Below are positions 45,601 to 55,040 of a stretch of 64,000 nt of DNA, piece by piece. The stretch lies in the IMG/VR virus record IMGVR_UViG_3300027804_000049, positions 50,611 to 114,610 of that record. One strand, given 5' to 3'. Origin of the DNA: a virus. The number at the start of each line of letters is the position of its first letter. The first letter of the stretch is position 1. Made by a program: the position numbers and the translations under genes. A model generated the notes under the pieces. It searched no databases, was not told the origin of the DNA, and worked only from the letters and a program-made list of their open reading frames with translations.

Positions 45601-47005
45601 TACCGTTACCGCGCCAACAGGGTATGAGCCTAACACCTGGTTTTACCAGGTTGTTACCTCAAACCCAGATGCTCAAAATCCATATGCTAACGGAACCTGG
45701 AATACATTAGGAGCTCCAGCATCATTTATGATTACAGGTTTATCAAATGGAGTTACCTATACAGTTCGCGTTGCTCACTGGAACGGTGACGTAAGCAGCT
45801 ACACTGAAGCTACCGTTACACCAATTTCAACAACAACAACACCTATCTACGTTCCAGAGACTCCGTATACTCCAGAACCAGAACCAACTCCAGAACCAGA
45901 ACCAACTCCAGAACCAGAACCAGAGCCAGAGCCTGAAGAAGAAGAAGAAGAAGAAGAAGAAGAAGAAGAAGAAGAATCTGAAGAGGAAAAGCCTGAAGAC
46001 GAAGAAGAGTCTGAAGAGTCTGAAGAGTCTGAAGACGACGAAGAATCAGACAGTGAAGATGAAGAGTCTACTCCTGAGGACGACGAGTCTGAGCCAGACG
46101 TTGAAGACTCTGAAACAGAAACTCAACCAGACGAAGAAGACCTTGACCCACAAACACCAGAAGACCCCCAGACAGACCCAGAAACAGAGCAACCAGAAGA
46201 ACCGGTAGACTCAGAAGAAGAAGAGGAATCACCAGAAGAAGAGCAAGAAGACGACGAAGAACCAGTAGCACCTGAACCTCCTAAGGAAGAGACAAAACCT
46301 AACGAGCCAGATACTACACCAAAAGAAGAAAAAGTAAACAACCTTCAGGACGCTCTTAAGGACGGAACCGTCTCAAAGGCAGAGGCAACCCAAATCATCG
46401 AGTCAATTACCTCTAAATCAGATACAGAGTTATCCTCAAGTGAACGCGCGGTTGTGGCAACAGTTTTGGTTGCTGCCTACGCGGCCGAGGGAGGAGCAGT
46501 TCCTGCAAGTGTTATGGCCGAGGCAGGAATTGCCGCAAAGGACCTTCCACCTGATACTCCAGTTGAGCTTACAAATGGTGTTGTGATAGTTGCGGAGGTT
46601 CAGGCAGCGTTCGAGGTTCTTGCAGATCCGGGAGAACTTGCTGCGGCGATATTTTCAGATCCAGGACAGGTACTAACAGCTCTCTCAAATCTTGGTGAAG
46701 ACATGTCCGAGGAGGAGCGTGAAGAATCACAAAAGGTTGTTGTTGCATCTGTAGTCGCGACTGGAGTTGCAGTTCAAGCAGCTGCAGCGGCTGCCACGAC
46801 TGCCGCGGCGGCAGCAGCATCAACATCATCTTCTAGTTCTAGCAGCTCTAGCTCGCGCTCATCATCTGGCGACTCAGGAGCTCCCGTTGGAAGAGAAGGT
46901 GGCACGAAGCGTCGCCCTAGCTCAAAGAATAAGCCTAAAGCCAAGAAGGCAGTTAAAAAGTCCGGTAGAATACGACGTAACCCCCTAAGGAGAAAAGCAA
47001 CATGA
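42647..47005 (+). CDS. Giant secreted surface protein (S/T/P stalk, TAQ coiled coil, PA14, FN3-like, acidic linker)
   Basis: Signal peptide; PA14 motif IQFNWGSG..ADDGTILQLDG..INDWYD..FYENGGGA; (PE)n and (GAA)14. Confidence 0.75.
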   Translation: MSSRHRARKLALATFLAAGSSLSFLTPSLATESTSQPSPSPSADPTPQPSSEPSPTSTSSPTPTPSASTEPTPTPTPEQSQTQASTTQTTSPESSSSTPPSPQESPSPQTSSSSSTESNSSQQGPSTQDQTQTSSTSSSSDSITPVPVTTPTTPPPPPTNQDLVNQAQTTLTAQSVILTEVSNTSASLPAPAPSTTTAAITTAQTAIQDAQTATTEAQTAITTQTTAEAAVTTAQTNLTQSQENTATAETNLTQAQTTLTAAQAAVTTQTQVVTQVTETLTQAQTTLTEATTAVTTQTAVVTQATTEAQQAQAAADAANTSTSVTHTETFANNTINNSSGTGAVAITVGTSPVSTTSQNGVSIGGNWTTGNSNAVSGSALILMSPSAETTIQFLNTSNTTVSQVEFGVYAKNGDGTATTKYTDGTTSTFTIENNVGTQNGQSNTTYTHTETVVAPQGKKIHEIVIAPDWDYYVIDNIKVTTTTQTSDPSLIATAQQAQAVVASETQTLTTLQTQEATAQTAVTQAQTVVTNETQTLTTLQAVETQKANDVSTAQTAVTQAQTQEAQAAVTVVQAQETLASAEQAATTAITQMQEKVEIATQAVTVADVHVDLDVAQKNINTQTQTATANNTLTQAAPIIQDAQAAVDTARVIAVAASQAVTDAMTQNATAPTVTQAQAQVTTSTTAVASAQENVTSAQATVSIEQTQVASAQTALATAQTVVDSQTTPGVDATVYNNLGYNNVPPLPADDRIIAETTVNNIQFNWGSGAVLGTLSEDVAVKFTAQLTAPVTGTIQFYAPADDGTILQLDGNTVINDWYDKGGGGTIHSYTVNANDPMDMTFWFYENGGGANVTLMWNLNNGQGWVAVPASAFTQTAASLEQIQALSDANNTLTLELQQLAVAQTNLTSAQSTLTSTQTSLTSAQTTLTDSQDADAAVVDASLAVTAAINAINVAETYTNSLSSDIHAVLTPTITESTAQDGSVTLTVTAPTGYEPNTWFYQVVTSNPDAQNPYANGTWNTLGAPASFMITGLSNGVTYTVRVAHWNGDVSSYTEATVTPISTTTTPIYVPETPYTPEPEPTPEPEPTPEPEPEPEPEEEEEEEEEEEEEESEEEKPEDEEESEESEESEDDEESDSEDEESTPEDDESEPDVEDSETETQPDEEDLDPQTPEDPQTDPETEQPEEPVDSEEEEESPEEEQEDDEEPVAPEPPKEETKPNEPDTTPKEEKVNNLQDALKDGTVSKAEATQIIESITSKSDTELSSSERAVVATVLVAAYAAEGGAVPASVMAEAGIAAKDLPPDTPVELTNGVVIVAEVQAAFEVLADPGELAAAIFSDPGQVLTALSNLGEDMSEEEREESQKVVVASVVATGVAVQAAAAAATTAAAAAASTSSSSSSSSSSRSSSGDSGAPVGREGGTKRRPSSKNKPKAKKAVKKSGRIRRNPLRRKAT

Positions 47006-47202
47006 TAGCACTACTAAAGGATATTTTTCGGGACCTTACCGATCAGGCCTGGACTTTTTTAGGAATGTTCGTTGCTTGGTTAGTTTTAGATGGGTCAGCA
47101 AGAACAATGACTGGCTATGCTATTGGAGCTACAACTGTCTTTTGGATTATCACCTATCCAATCCGTAACCCTAAGGAAGACGACTCCGCGGACGCTGACT
47201 AG
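47002..47202 (+). CDS. Small 2-TM membrane protein
   Basis: DQAWTFLGMFVAWLVLDGSAR; overlaps the giant gene stop. Confidence 0.7.
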   Translation: MIALLKDIFRDLTDQAWTFLGMFVAWLVLDGSARTMTGYAIGATTVFWIITYPIRNPKEDDSADAD

Positions 47203-47223
47203 TAGATAGGTTAGAATAACAAA

Positions 47224-48381
47224 ATGCCTATATTAGGAAGCTCGAGCTCAGGCGGTAAAGGATCCGTTCCAGGAACCCCAACAGTCGGAACTGCTACGGT
47301 AACAAATGATACTACCGTGTCCCTTACCTTTACAGCTCCATTTTCAAAGTTACCCATCACTTCCTACGCAGTAACGTCTAGTCCAAGCATTGCTCTTACA
47401 ACTACAGGAACTACATCGCCTCTTACAATTACAGGAACTTTTGTTTCTAATACCTCTTACACGTTTACTATCACTGCAACAAACGCAAATGGAACTTCTT
47501 CTGCCTCTTCTGCAAGTAATTCAGTCACACCTCTTTCATCATATACTTTGGCTTTAACTGCTACTACAACTCAAAACTGGACAGTTCCAAATGGAGTAAG
47601 TAAAATTGCAGTTTATGTAATTGGTGGCGGTGCTGGAGGAAATTCGGGAGGAGCAGGTACTACTGGATTTAGTAACGATTTCGGAAGTTTTTCTGTTTCA
47701 GGGGCAGGTGGTAATGGTGGACAAGGTTCTGGCGGTGTAGCATTTGCAGATTATGACGTAACTCCTGCAACAACATATAGCCTTACAGTTGGCGCAAAAG
47801 GTAATAGTAGTAATGCTGGAACAGCATCACAATTTGGAAATTTAGCAAATTCTGGCGCTGGAGGTGGAAGTGGTCCTAATTCAAATGTCGTAGGAGCAGT
47901 TACTGTTAATAAGGCAAATGCAGGAAATGGTGGTGGTAGTGTCACTGCGAGCAACCAAAATGGTAACTCCCAATTTGATTTGCAATCTGGAAATAACGGC
48001 AGTGGCGGAAGTTCACTCACATTTAATCAGTCTGGTTTAACATCATATCAACTAGGTGGTGGCGGTGGAGGTGGCGGAGGCGGTGGCGCTTCCAACACTT
48101 CTCAGTTTAGAAATGGCTCAAATGGAGGCTCTGGATCAAATTCTGCTGGAAATGGTGGCGCAGGTGGAATTGCAGTTGTAGAGGGCAATTCCAGTCCGTA
48201 TACAGCAATTGCTGGAAATGGTGGCGCAGGAAACGCTGCTAGTACATCAAACACTGCACACGGCGCAGGCGGTGGCGGTGGTGGCGGCGGAGGTGCTGCA
48301 AGATTTAATACTATTGCTACTGGTAGTGGTGGTAGTGGCGGTGCGGGAGCAAACGGAATAATTTATGTTTATACAAAATGA
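47224..48381 (+). CDS. FN3 plus glycine-rich virion/adhesin protein
   Basis: MPILGSS leader, FN3, WTVPNGV..VIGGG, poly-G, IIYVY end. Confidence 0.75.
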   Translation: MPILGSSSSGGKGSVPGTPTVGTATVTNDTTVSLTFTAPFSKLPITSYAVTSSPSIALTTTGTTSPLTITGTFVSNTSYTFTITATNANGTSSASSASNSVTPLSSYTLALTATTTQNWTVPNGVSKIAVYVIGGGAGGNSGGAGTTGFSNDFGSFSVSGAGGNGGQGSGGVAFADYDVTPATTYSLTVGAKGNSSNAGTASQFGNLANSGAGGGSGPNSNVVGAVTVNKANAGNGGGSVTASNQNGNSQFDLQSGNNGSGGSSLTFNQSGLTSYQLGGGGGGGGGGGASNTSQFRNGSNGGSGSNSAGNGGAGGIAVVEGNSSPYTAIAGNGGAGNAASTSNTAHGAGGGGGGGGGAARFNTIATGSGGSGGAGANGIIYVYTK

Positions 48382-48390
48382 GAATAAAAA

Positions 48391-48867
48391 ATGAATCATA
48401 TTGAAAATCATCCACAAGCATATTTAGACTCTAACTCAAAAGTTATTGCTGTTTATTTATTTAATTCTCATGAAAATGAGCTAATTAATGAAATAAAAAA
48501 TAATATAGGTGCAATTGAAGTAGTAGATTGTTGTGAATATGGAGATACTGGTGCAGGATCATATTTTTATAATAATGTTTTTTATCCATCTAAACCGTAT
48601 GAGTCTTGGATTTTTGATGAAGAAAATAAAAATTGGAAAGCACCAGTTGAAAAACCAAATGACTATAAAAAATATCAATGGGATGAAGATAGTAATTCGT
48701 GGATAGCTTTTATTCCAGAGCAACCATTTAATTCATGGATTTGGAATGAAGATATATGGTTATGGCAACCACCTATTCCATACCCTATTTTTGATCCAGA
48801 AGATCCACGGTATTATCAATGGAATGAAGAAATCTTAATTTGGGAAGAAATCCAGGTATCAGAGTAA
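48391..48867 (+). CDS. Trp/Pro-repeat partner protein of Gly-rich gene
   Basis: Repeats PYESW..W.AP / PFNSW..WQPP / YQW.E; AT-rich. Confidence 0.7.
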   Translation: MNHIENHPQAYLDSNSKVIAVYLFNSHENELINEIKNNIGAIEVVDCCEYGDTGAGSYFYNNVFYPSKPYESWIFDEENKNWKAPVEKPNDYKKYQWDEDSNSWIAFIPEQPFNSWIWNEDIWLWQPPIPYPIFDPEDPRYYQWNEEILIWEEIQVSE

Positions 48868-49015
48868 TATCTGGTATATAGTAGACCAAAGCGCACAAGG
48901 ACGAATCTTCCCTATATTAGGTATAACAACCCTAGCGCTTCAATTTCTCATTCTTTATAATTCACGTATATAATACTCCCCTACGCGTATTCCTGCGTAT
49001 ATAAGGAGAGTATAT

Positions 49016-49327
49016 ATGAAACGTCTTGTGACCTATGTCATTAACGTTGATGAAGAGTTGGCAGAGCCTGCCTTTATAAAGGCGCTCGATGTTATCAACT
49101 CGCATATGCCAAATGTCTTTATAAACAAGAAGACACTGCTTGTTGAGCCACATGACGACTACCGCGGCATCTACGCCAGCGTTGAGTTTGATTATCGCGA
49201 TATTGACGATGATAAAAAACGTAAGGCAAGCCAGGTCATCATTGACTCGGTGAAGGACCTCATTAAAATGCAGCTGTGGTATGTACCTACAGTGCAAATA
49301 ACCTCACAAATAGGAGATGTAAAGTGA
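49016..49327 (+). CDS. Hypothetical protein
   Basis: 103 aa, AAGGAG RBS. Confidence 0.65.
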   Translation: MKRLVTYVINVDEELAEPAFIKALDVINSHMPNVFINKKTLLVEPHDDYRGIYASVEFDYRDIDDDKKRKASQVIIDSVKDLIKMQLWYVPTVQITSQIGDVK

Positions 49328-49809
49328 AATCAAAAAGTCCAGACGAGCTTACGCAAAGATACGCTAAGAAGATAGAGCCTTTGCTAGATCTCGCCAAGCG
49401 CGCTTACGGTTTGAGAAATCAGGACACACCTGCGCACAGGGCAAGTACCAAGTACACTCAACTCGCCAAGGAGTACTATGAAAAAGGTGGCTCCCTTGTT
49501 TCCCTAGCTGACGAGCTTGGTGTTGCCTACTCCGGCCTGCGGCGAAGAATTTTCACATCTACCGTTGGCTCCGATACTCGTAAACCTCGTTCAAAGGCGA
49601 CTGAGGAAACCACATCTAAGGTGCTCACTGCCATTCTCAAGGCACGTGATACATCCAGTGAGAAATACCACGCCGAACTTTATAAGGCCTATCACGCAGG
49701 CGTTTCGATGGCAAAGATCTCCAAGGGACTTAAGCTTTCATCGTCCGCTCCTTTATACTATGCAATTCAACGTCACGAGATTCGCCTGAACGAGAAAAAG
49801 ACGCGTTAG
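49324..49809 (+). CDS. Tandem HTH DNA-binding protein
   Basis: GGSLVSLADELGVAYSGLRRRI; GVSMAKISKGL; GTG start after AGGAG. Confidence 0.7.
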   Translation: MKSKSPDELTQRYAKKIEPLLDLAKRAYGLRNQDTPAHRASTKYTQLAKEYYEKGGSLVSLADELGVAYSGLRRRIFTSTVGSDTRKPRSKATEETTSKVLTAILKARDTSSEKYHAELYKAYHAGVSMAKISKGLKLSSSAPLYYAIQRHEIRLNEKKTR

Positions 49810-50021
49810 TGGAAAACATAGTGAAGGACAGGAAGAGGTCCTTCCTGTCTAGGTTTTCATACTCTAAGGAATTAAAGCTTACTAAAAAGCATAACTACCT
49901 GCACGTTGGTTTTCAACTAAACAGGTTTGCCATAGGCTTTGATATTAGTCGTAATTTTTTAAGTATTGACCTGGTATTCTTTTGGATTACGTGGGAGCAT
50001 GCTAGTTTTAATGACGACTGA
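49809..50021 (+). CDS. Hypothetical protein
   Basis: 70 aa, coupled. Confidence 0.55.
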   Translation: MENIVKDRKRSFLSRFSYSKELKLTKKHNYLHVGFQLNRFAIGFDISRNFLSIDLVFFWITWEHASFNDD

Positions 50022-50170
50022 CACATTTGTGGAATACGTACTCGTCTGCTATATTTGTAACAAGCGCGTCTATGGGGTAGGAGAGTCACGTGATTCTCTT
50101 AGCCACGACAACGATTGTTACAACTGCAATACCCCTTGGGAAAAATTAATAGTTACACGAAAGGTAAGCG

Positions 50171-50401
50171 ATGGCAAAAAGGAAAGCTAGATCAACCGAG
50201 ATAACCAAGGAGCAAAATGATCGTATTGCATATACGGTCATCGAGCTTGATCCACTACGTGAAAAGATCGCGCGCTTACTACTTGCGCTTATTGGATTAC
50301 GTCACGTTCTTTTTATATCCGCTAAGGAGCCAATACAGATAGTTGACGTTGAGACAACACCTAAGAAAAGAAAGAAGTCTACACCTAAGAAAGCGGTTTA
50401 G
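50171..50401 (+). CDS. Hypothetical basic protein
   Basis: 76 aa, AAGGT RBS. Confidence 0.55.
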   Translation: MAKRKARSTEITKEQNDRIAYTVIELDPLREKIARLLLALIGLRHVLFISAKEPIQIVDVETTPKKRKKSTPKKAV

Positions 50402-50409
50402 AATACAGG

Positions 50410-50616
50410 GTGCCCTTAGTCTACGGTCCTGTATCTCCAATAGAGTCAGACCGTATCTGTGATCTTTGTCCTTACCTCGCGCGCGTTAAAGTTGAGTTAG
50501 CAGATAAGACAGTTTATTTTTGTGACATACACGCGTTTGTTCATTCAGATCTAATTTGGGAAAACGCGCTCGCGATCTATGACGCCGCGGATATTCTTCC
50601 ACCTAAGCCAGAGTAA
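50410..50616 (+). CDS. Small zinc-binding protein
   Basis: DRICDLC..FCDIH. Confidence 0.6.
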   Translation: MPLVYGPVSPIESDRICDLCPYLARVKVELADKTVYFCDIHAFVHSDLIWENALAIYDAADILPPKPE

Positions 50617-50629
50617 CTATAACTATTAA

Positions 50630-51466
50630 CTATATGGTGTAGACAAGTATCTGTCCACTAGAGCCTGAACCACCATTTCCACCATTTGCAGTTCCTGGCC
50701 CTGCTCCAGTAGTGTTTCCGCCCATTCCACCACCGCCTCCTGCTCCGCCTGCTCCTGGTTGACTTCCTGAATTACCATTATTTCCGCCATAAACTGTCCA
50801 TCCTTCAGCAGGTAAGGTATAAAACGCACCACCACCACTACCTCCACTACCTCCACCTACATTTCCACCATTTCCTCCGCCACCACCACCCCAACTATTT
50901 GTTCCACCTTCACCATAGTTGTTGCCAACAATAACGCTGCCACTGCCACCACCACCACCACCGCCAGGAGTATTATTAAATGTTGTAAGTCCTGCAGGTG
51001 CTCCTACTGGCCACGTAAAAGCATTAGCACTTCCTCCGGCATTACCACTTACTCCATTGCCAGTACCTCCACTAGCGCCACCATTTCCTGCGCTTCCACC
51101 AGAAACAAAGTTAAAATTAGCTGGGCCATTAGCAATGTTAGGGCTTACGTTTGATATGTTAGTTCCAAAACTTGTTGTTCCGCCACCACTACCACCAATA
51201 GTAACATTAAATGTTTGTCCAGAATTTACAGCGTAATCATAGAATCCAACCGTGCGGGACGCTGCACCACCATTGCCTCCAGCGCCTTTTGAATTATTAT
51301 TGCCTCTAGCACCGGCATTTCCGTTTCCTCCACCTCCTATTGCAACCACAGCTATCTTAGTTACGCCAGCTGAAACTGTGTAAGTGCCAGAACTATTAAA
51401 AGTTTGAGCTAGCTGATATGAAGGCTCAACAAAACCAGATGATACAGTTCCCAATATACGCGCCAT
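50630..51466 (-). CDS. Glycine-rich virion/adhesin protein
   Basis: MARILGTVSSG..QTFNSSGTYTV..GQILVY. Confidence 0.75.
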   Translation of the reverse strand: MARILGTVSSGFVEPSYQLAQTFNSSGTYTVSAGVTKIAVVAIGGGGNGNAGARGNNNSKGAGGNGGAASRTVGFYDYAVNSGQTFNVTIGGSGGGTTSFGTNISNVSPNIANGPANFNFVSGGSAGNGGASGGTGNGVSGNAGGSANAFTWPVGAPAGLTTFNNTPGGGGGGGSGSVIVGNNYGEGGTNSWGGGGGGNGGNVGGGSGGSGGGAFYTLPAEGWTVYGGNNGNSGSQPGAGGAGGGGGMGGNTTGAGPGTANGGNGGSGSSGQILVYTI

Positions 51467-51511
51467 AGTTCCCTTATTCTATACGAACTTTTCCCCCGCC
51501 CTGAGGGCTAA

Positions 51512-52363
51512 TTACTTAATATAAACAACAACTTTTCCAGTAGCACCATTTCCACCAGCACCAACTCCGCCCCCTGACTCAGTTCCACCGCCACCGCCAC
51601 CGCCTCCAGTGCCAGCAGTTCCTGCACTTCCTGCTCCGCCTGCTGCAGCGTTGCTTGTAAAAGCATCATTGAAGTTTGGATTAGCCCCAGCACCGCCACT
51701 TCCACCACCAGAAGTTCCTCCAGCACCACCATTTCCAACGGAATTGTTATTGTACCCTCCGTCATAATAGGCTCCATAGGCTCCTCCGCCGCCACCTCCG
51801 CCGCCACCAGCAGTAAGAGATGCTATGAAGCCAATGCTGTTAAAGTTTTCAGTATTTCCACTGTTTCCAGCACTTCCAGCATTTCCATTAATTCTACCCA
51901 CTGGCCTTGATGTAGTTCCACGAATTCCTCCAGAGCCACCACTTAAAGTAGTTCCTCCTGAAACATTTACAGATGCGTTTCCACCATTTCCACCAGCAGC
52001 TCCAGCAGAGGTGCTATTTCCTCCGTTTGCAGTAACAATATTTCCAAATAAAGATTGACCTCCAGCATTACCTCCAACACCAGCGCCACCAGAAGCCCCA
52101 GCAGAACCTACTGTTACGGTGTAGTTAGCGCCTCCTGTAACATCATAGTCTACGAGTACTCCAACACCGCCTCCTCCACCGCCATTTCCTACATCAAAAA
52201 ATCCCCCTGAACCAGTTCCACCACCACCTCCTCCGATAACATATACAGCAATCTTAGTCTTACCAGCTGGTACGGTGTATGCTCCACTAGTATTAAATGT
52301 CTGACTTAATTCATAAACTTGTTCAACAAAACCAGATGATACAGTTCCAAGTATGCGCGCCAT
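51512..52363 (-). CDS. Glycine-rich virion/adhesin protein
   Basis: MARILGTVSSG..QTFNTSGAYTVP..GKVVVY. Confidence 0.75.
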   Translation of the reverse strand: MARILGTVSSGFVEQVYELSQTFNTSGAYTVPAGKTKIAVYVIGGGGGGTGSGGFFDVGNGGGGGGVGVLVDYDVTGGANYTVTVGSAGASGGAGVGGNAGGQSLFGNIVTANGGNSTSAGAAGGNGGNASVNVSGGTTLSGGSGGIRGTTSRPVGRINGNAGSAGNSGNTENFNSIGFIASLTAGGGGGGGGGAYGAYYDGGYNNNSVGNGGAGGTSGGGSGGAGANPNFNDAFTSNAAAGGAGSAGTAGTGGGGGGGGTESGGGVGAGGNGATGKVVVYIK

Positions 52364-52411
52364 AGTTCCCCAATTCTATCCTAATATCAATCTACTGACC
52401 AAAATGAAAAC

Positions 52412-52431
52412 GGACCCGCTTTCGCGGGCCC
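52412..52431 (-). terminator. Intrinsic terminator
   Basis: GGGCCCGC-GAAA-GCGGGTCC then GTTTTCATTTT on minus. Confidence 0.7.
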
Positions 52432-52449
52432 GTCCTCTATTAAATTGTA

Positions 52450-53610
52450 CTACTTAACAGGTGCAAACTTAAACTTTGCAGCCTTTACGTTGTAGCGTGC
52501 CTTTAACTTAGCAAGAGCCTTATCCGCTGCAGTCTTTGCGGCGGTCATATCAGCAATTGCCTTATCAAAGGAAGCCTTAGCATCTGCCATTGCCTTTGCA
52601 GCAACGTCAGCTGCAGCAACTGCCTTTACAGACTCTGCGGCGATTGCATCAGCTACTGCCTTTGCCTTATCGGCATCTGCGCTTGCCTTTGCGGCCAAAG
52701 CATCAGCCTTAGCCTTTGCATCTGCATCCGCCATTGCCTTCTTGGTCGCGTCATGCGCGGCTTTTTCAGCGGCCAATGCAGCGTTAGCTGTAGCCAATTG
52801 AGCAGCTAGATCATTTAACGGTGTCAATGCAGCAACGGTTGAAACCGGAGCGGCAAGACCTAATACAGCATTAGCAACAGTTGCGGTCATAACAACGGTA
52901 ATTGAAGATCCTGCAGCTGGTGCAAGAACTGCCAACTCAGCGTTGCCAAGTCCTACGGTTGCAGTCTCAACTGCGGTTGTAAGTGTTGCGGTGTTTGTAC
53001 CAGTTGCGGCGACAGCTGCGCCTGCAACTGTTGCATTAACTGCAAGGCCAGAGACCTTGTTACCGAACACGTCAACTGCACTTACGACATACTTTGCAAT
53101 AGTCCCTACTGCAGCTGCAGAAGGTGAAACTAGTGAAATTGCATTTGCAGCTCCAGCAGTTCCCTTTAAGTAGATCGTGTTTGTCACACCGAGGTTTGAA
53201 ACAGTAACGGTACCCGCTGCGGTCGTTGTAGTGAACGCATACACGGTTGCGGTTGTTCCTGTTCCTGTAGCTACGGCGAGTGCTTGAACTCCGTCAGCTG
53301 CACGAACACGTGCACCTGCTGGATTATCAAGAGCAGCAACGAGCTTAATAGCTCCCGTTGCGGTGAAAGTAACGACTGTACCTGTATCAACTGTTGCAAC
53401 AAGACGGACTACGTCTGCCTCGTCAACTGTGTTATCCGCAGGTACTGTTACGGCAGCAGGGGCAGCGGCTGTGGTTGCATTTGAACCAGCGGCTGCAGCT
53501 CCTACCTTTACTGATAGGGTCATGTCCGCTGCCTTAGCAGGTGCAGTTGTAACTACACCAAATGCAAGGGCAAGAGAACATGCCATAGCGATCTTACGTA
53601 CTAACTTCAT
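52450..53610 (-). CDS. Secreted Ala/Thr-rich surface (S-layer-like) protein
   Basis: Signal peptide ending PAKA; beta-rich A/T/V body; AKA coiled coil; basic C-terminal tail. Confidence 0.65.
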   Translation of the reverse strand: MKLVRKIAMACSLALAFGVVTTAPAKAADMTLSVKVGAAAAGSNATTAAAPAAVTVPADNTVDEADVVRLVATVDTGTVVTFTATGAIKLVAALDNPAGARVRAADGVQALAVATGTGTTATVYAFTTTTAAGTVTVSNLGVTNTIYLKGTAGAANAISLVSPSAAAVGTIAKYVVSAVDVFGNKVSGLAVNATVAGAAVAATGTNTATLTTAVETATVGLGNAELAVLAPAAGSSITVVMTATVANAVLGLAAPVSTVAALTPLNDLAAQLATANAALAAEKAAHDATKKAMADADAKAKADALAAKASADADKAKAVADAIAAESVKAVAAADVAAKAMADAKASFDKAIADMTAAKTAADKALAKLKARYNVKAAKFKFAPVK

Positions 53611-53636
53611 TTGTCTCCTAAATTGACAATAGATAG

Positions 53637-53768
53637 CTACTGTTTAGCAGCTAGGTGTTTGTCCTCACAAAGGCGTGCTAGTGACGTGACAACAAACGTC
53701 TTGCCACATATTTCACATTGCCATCGTGACAGTTTTTCATTTGAAAAACCGTAGTCTAGCGTTGACAT
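53637..53768 (-). CDS. 43-aa zinc-finger-like protein
   Basis: WQCEICGKTFVVTSLARLCEDKH. Confidence 0.6.
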   Translation of the reverse strand: MSTLDYGFSNEKLSRWQCEICGKTFVVTSLARLCEDKHLAAKQ

Positions 53769-53801
53769 GAGTCTACGCTCGCTCCTGGTTAACTCCAATC
53801 A

Positions 53802-53972
53802 TTAAGAAATCCACGTGCTGACTTTTTGATAACGGAAGTTACTAGTTGATTCATGATCCGCTCGTTCGAGGTACTCACTCATATTCGCGCTCACAAAGGC
53901 AGACCCGGATGTCTCCAAGTAAGCATTTAAGTACGAGATTTTGGTATCTACGATTCCTGCGGTTACTTTCAT
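53802..53972 (-). CDS. Hypothetical 56-aa protein
   Basis: MKVTAGIVDTKISYLNAY..; AGGAG RBS. Confidence 0.5.
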   Translation of the reverse strand: MKVTAGIVDTKISYLNAYLETSGSAFVSANMSEYLERADHESTSNFRYQKVSTWIS

Positions 53973-54019
53973 GTCTCTCCTAGAATAGGTTTATAGCCTC
54001 TCCCAGTAGCAGGACAATT

Positions 54020-54307
54020 CTATCTTATATCTTTATTTTTTACCGAGTTTCTCATGCGCCGAATTCTTGACCTTTCGCGCTCGGTAGTTCCTCCCCAAAT
54101 GCCTAACTCCTTGTTTTCAATAGCCCACTCACGACAAGCTCCAATAAGCATACAGGACTCACATACCTTTTTGGCGGTATCAGTCTCCCAACGAGCGGAT
54201 CCTCTTTCTAGAAAAAATGCCTCTGGATCTGTGCTCGCACAATTTGGAGTTCCGGTGTTAAAGAACGTAGGGTACCTAGTTGATATTTTTATGTCTAATG
54301 ATTCCAT
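54020..54307 (-). CDS. whiB: WhiB-family transcription factor
   Basis: C..DPEAFF..AKKVCESC....C..GIWGGTTERER. Confidence 0.93.
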   Translation of the reverse strand: MESLDIKISTRYPTFFNTGTPNCASTDPEAFFLERGSARWETDTAKKVCESCMLIGACREWAIENKELGIWGGTTERERSRIRRMRNSVKNKDIR

Positions 54308-54352
54308 GGATAAACCATATACAAAAGGCTAATTCTTGTAAACTGTAAATCT

Positions 54353-55036
54353 TTAGTTCACATTTCTTCTTTTTTCCCACTCGATAAGATCATGTGGAAA
54401 ATCAAAATCCTCCGTCCAATCATCTATCTCGACGTATTTATCGTTATTAAACGTCTGCTCGTAGTTCTTATTAACATTTGCATTTCCACTTGTTAGGTAG
54501 CGAAACAGTGACCATCCACCTGTTGTTGTGTTGGTTGATGCAAGAACATCTAGCGCTCGTTGAAACACATTGTGATGCTCCGGGTCCAATGAAAATGAAA
54601 AGATCTCCTTACACGTCTTTCCCGTAATCCTTGACTCTTTAGTTCGACAAAAACACCTCCAGGCGTCCTCATGCGTCATTATCGTATGAACAGCCTCATT
54701 GGTAAAATAAACGTCTCCATAGACAAGTATCGTTCTTTTATCGGTATCCCACAGACTTGTCGACGATAAAAACTTATCCATCTCTCTCCAAGGACGCGGT
54801 TTTGTTGCAGGATACACAAATTCCATTAGCCTATCAGGAATAAATAACTGCGCTCGCGGTATCAAATATCTTTCATCACTTCCTACAACGATAACGTCAT
54901 CTGTATATCGTAGATATTGTCTAACTGTTCTGTCAATAAGTCTTTCGCCTTCAACCTCAATAAGGTGTTTTGGACTGCTTCTAAAGTTACTCCAACGTGT
55001 TCCGTCACCTGCTGCTAAAATTAATACCCGCGTCAT
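54353..55036 (-). CDS. Nucleotidyltransferase (NTP_transferase family)
   Basis: ILAAGDGTRW..PKHL..GERLIDRT..YGDVYF..DFD. Confidence 0.8.
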   Translation of the reverse strand: MTRVLILAAGDGTRWSNFRSSPKHLIEVEGERLIDRTVRQYLRYTDDVIVVGSDERYLIPRAQLFIPDRLMEFVYPATKPRPWREMDKFLSSTSLWDTDKRTILVYGDVYFTNEAVHTIMTHEDAWRCFCRTKESRITGKTCKEIFSFSLDPEHHNVFQRALDVLASTNTTTGGWSLFRYLTSGNANVNKNYEQTFNNDKYVEIDDWTEDFDFPHDLIEWEKRRNVN

Positions 55037-55040
55037 TTCT

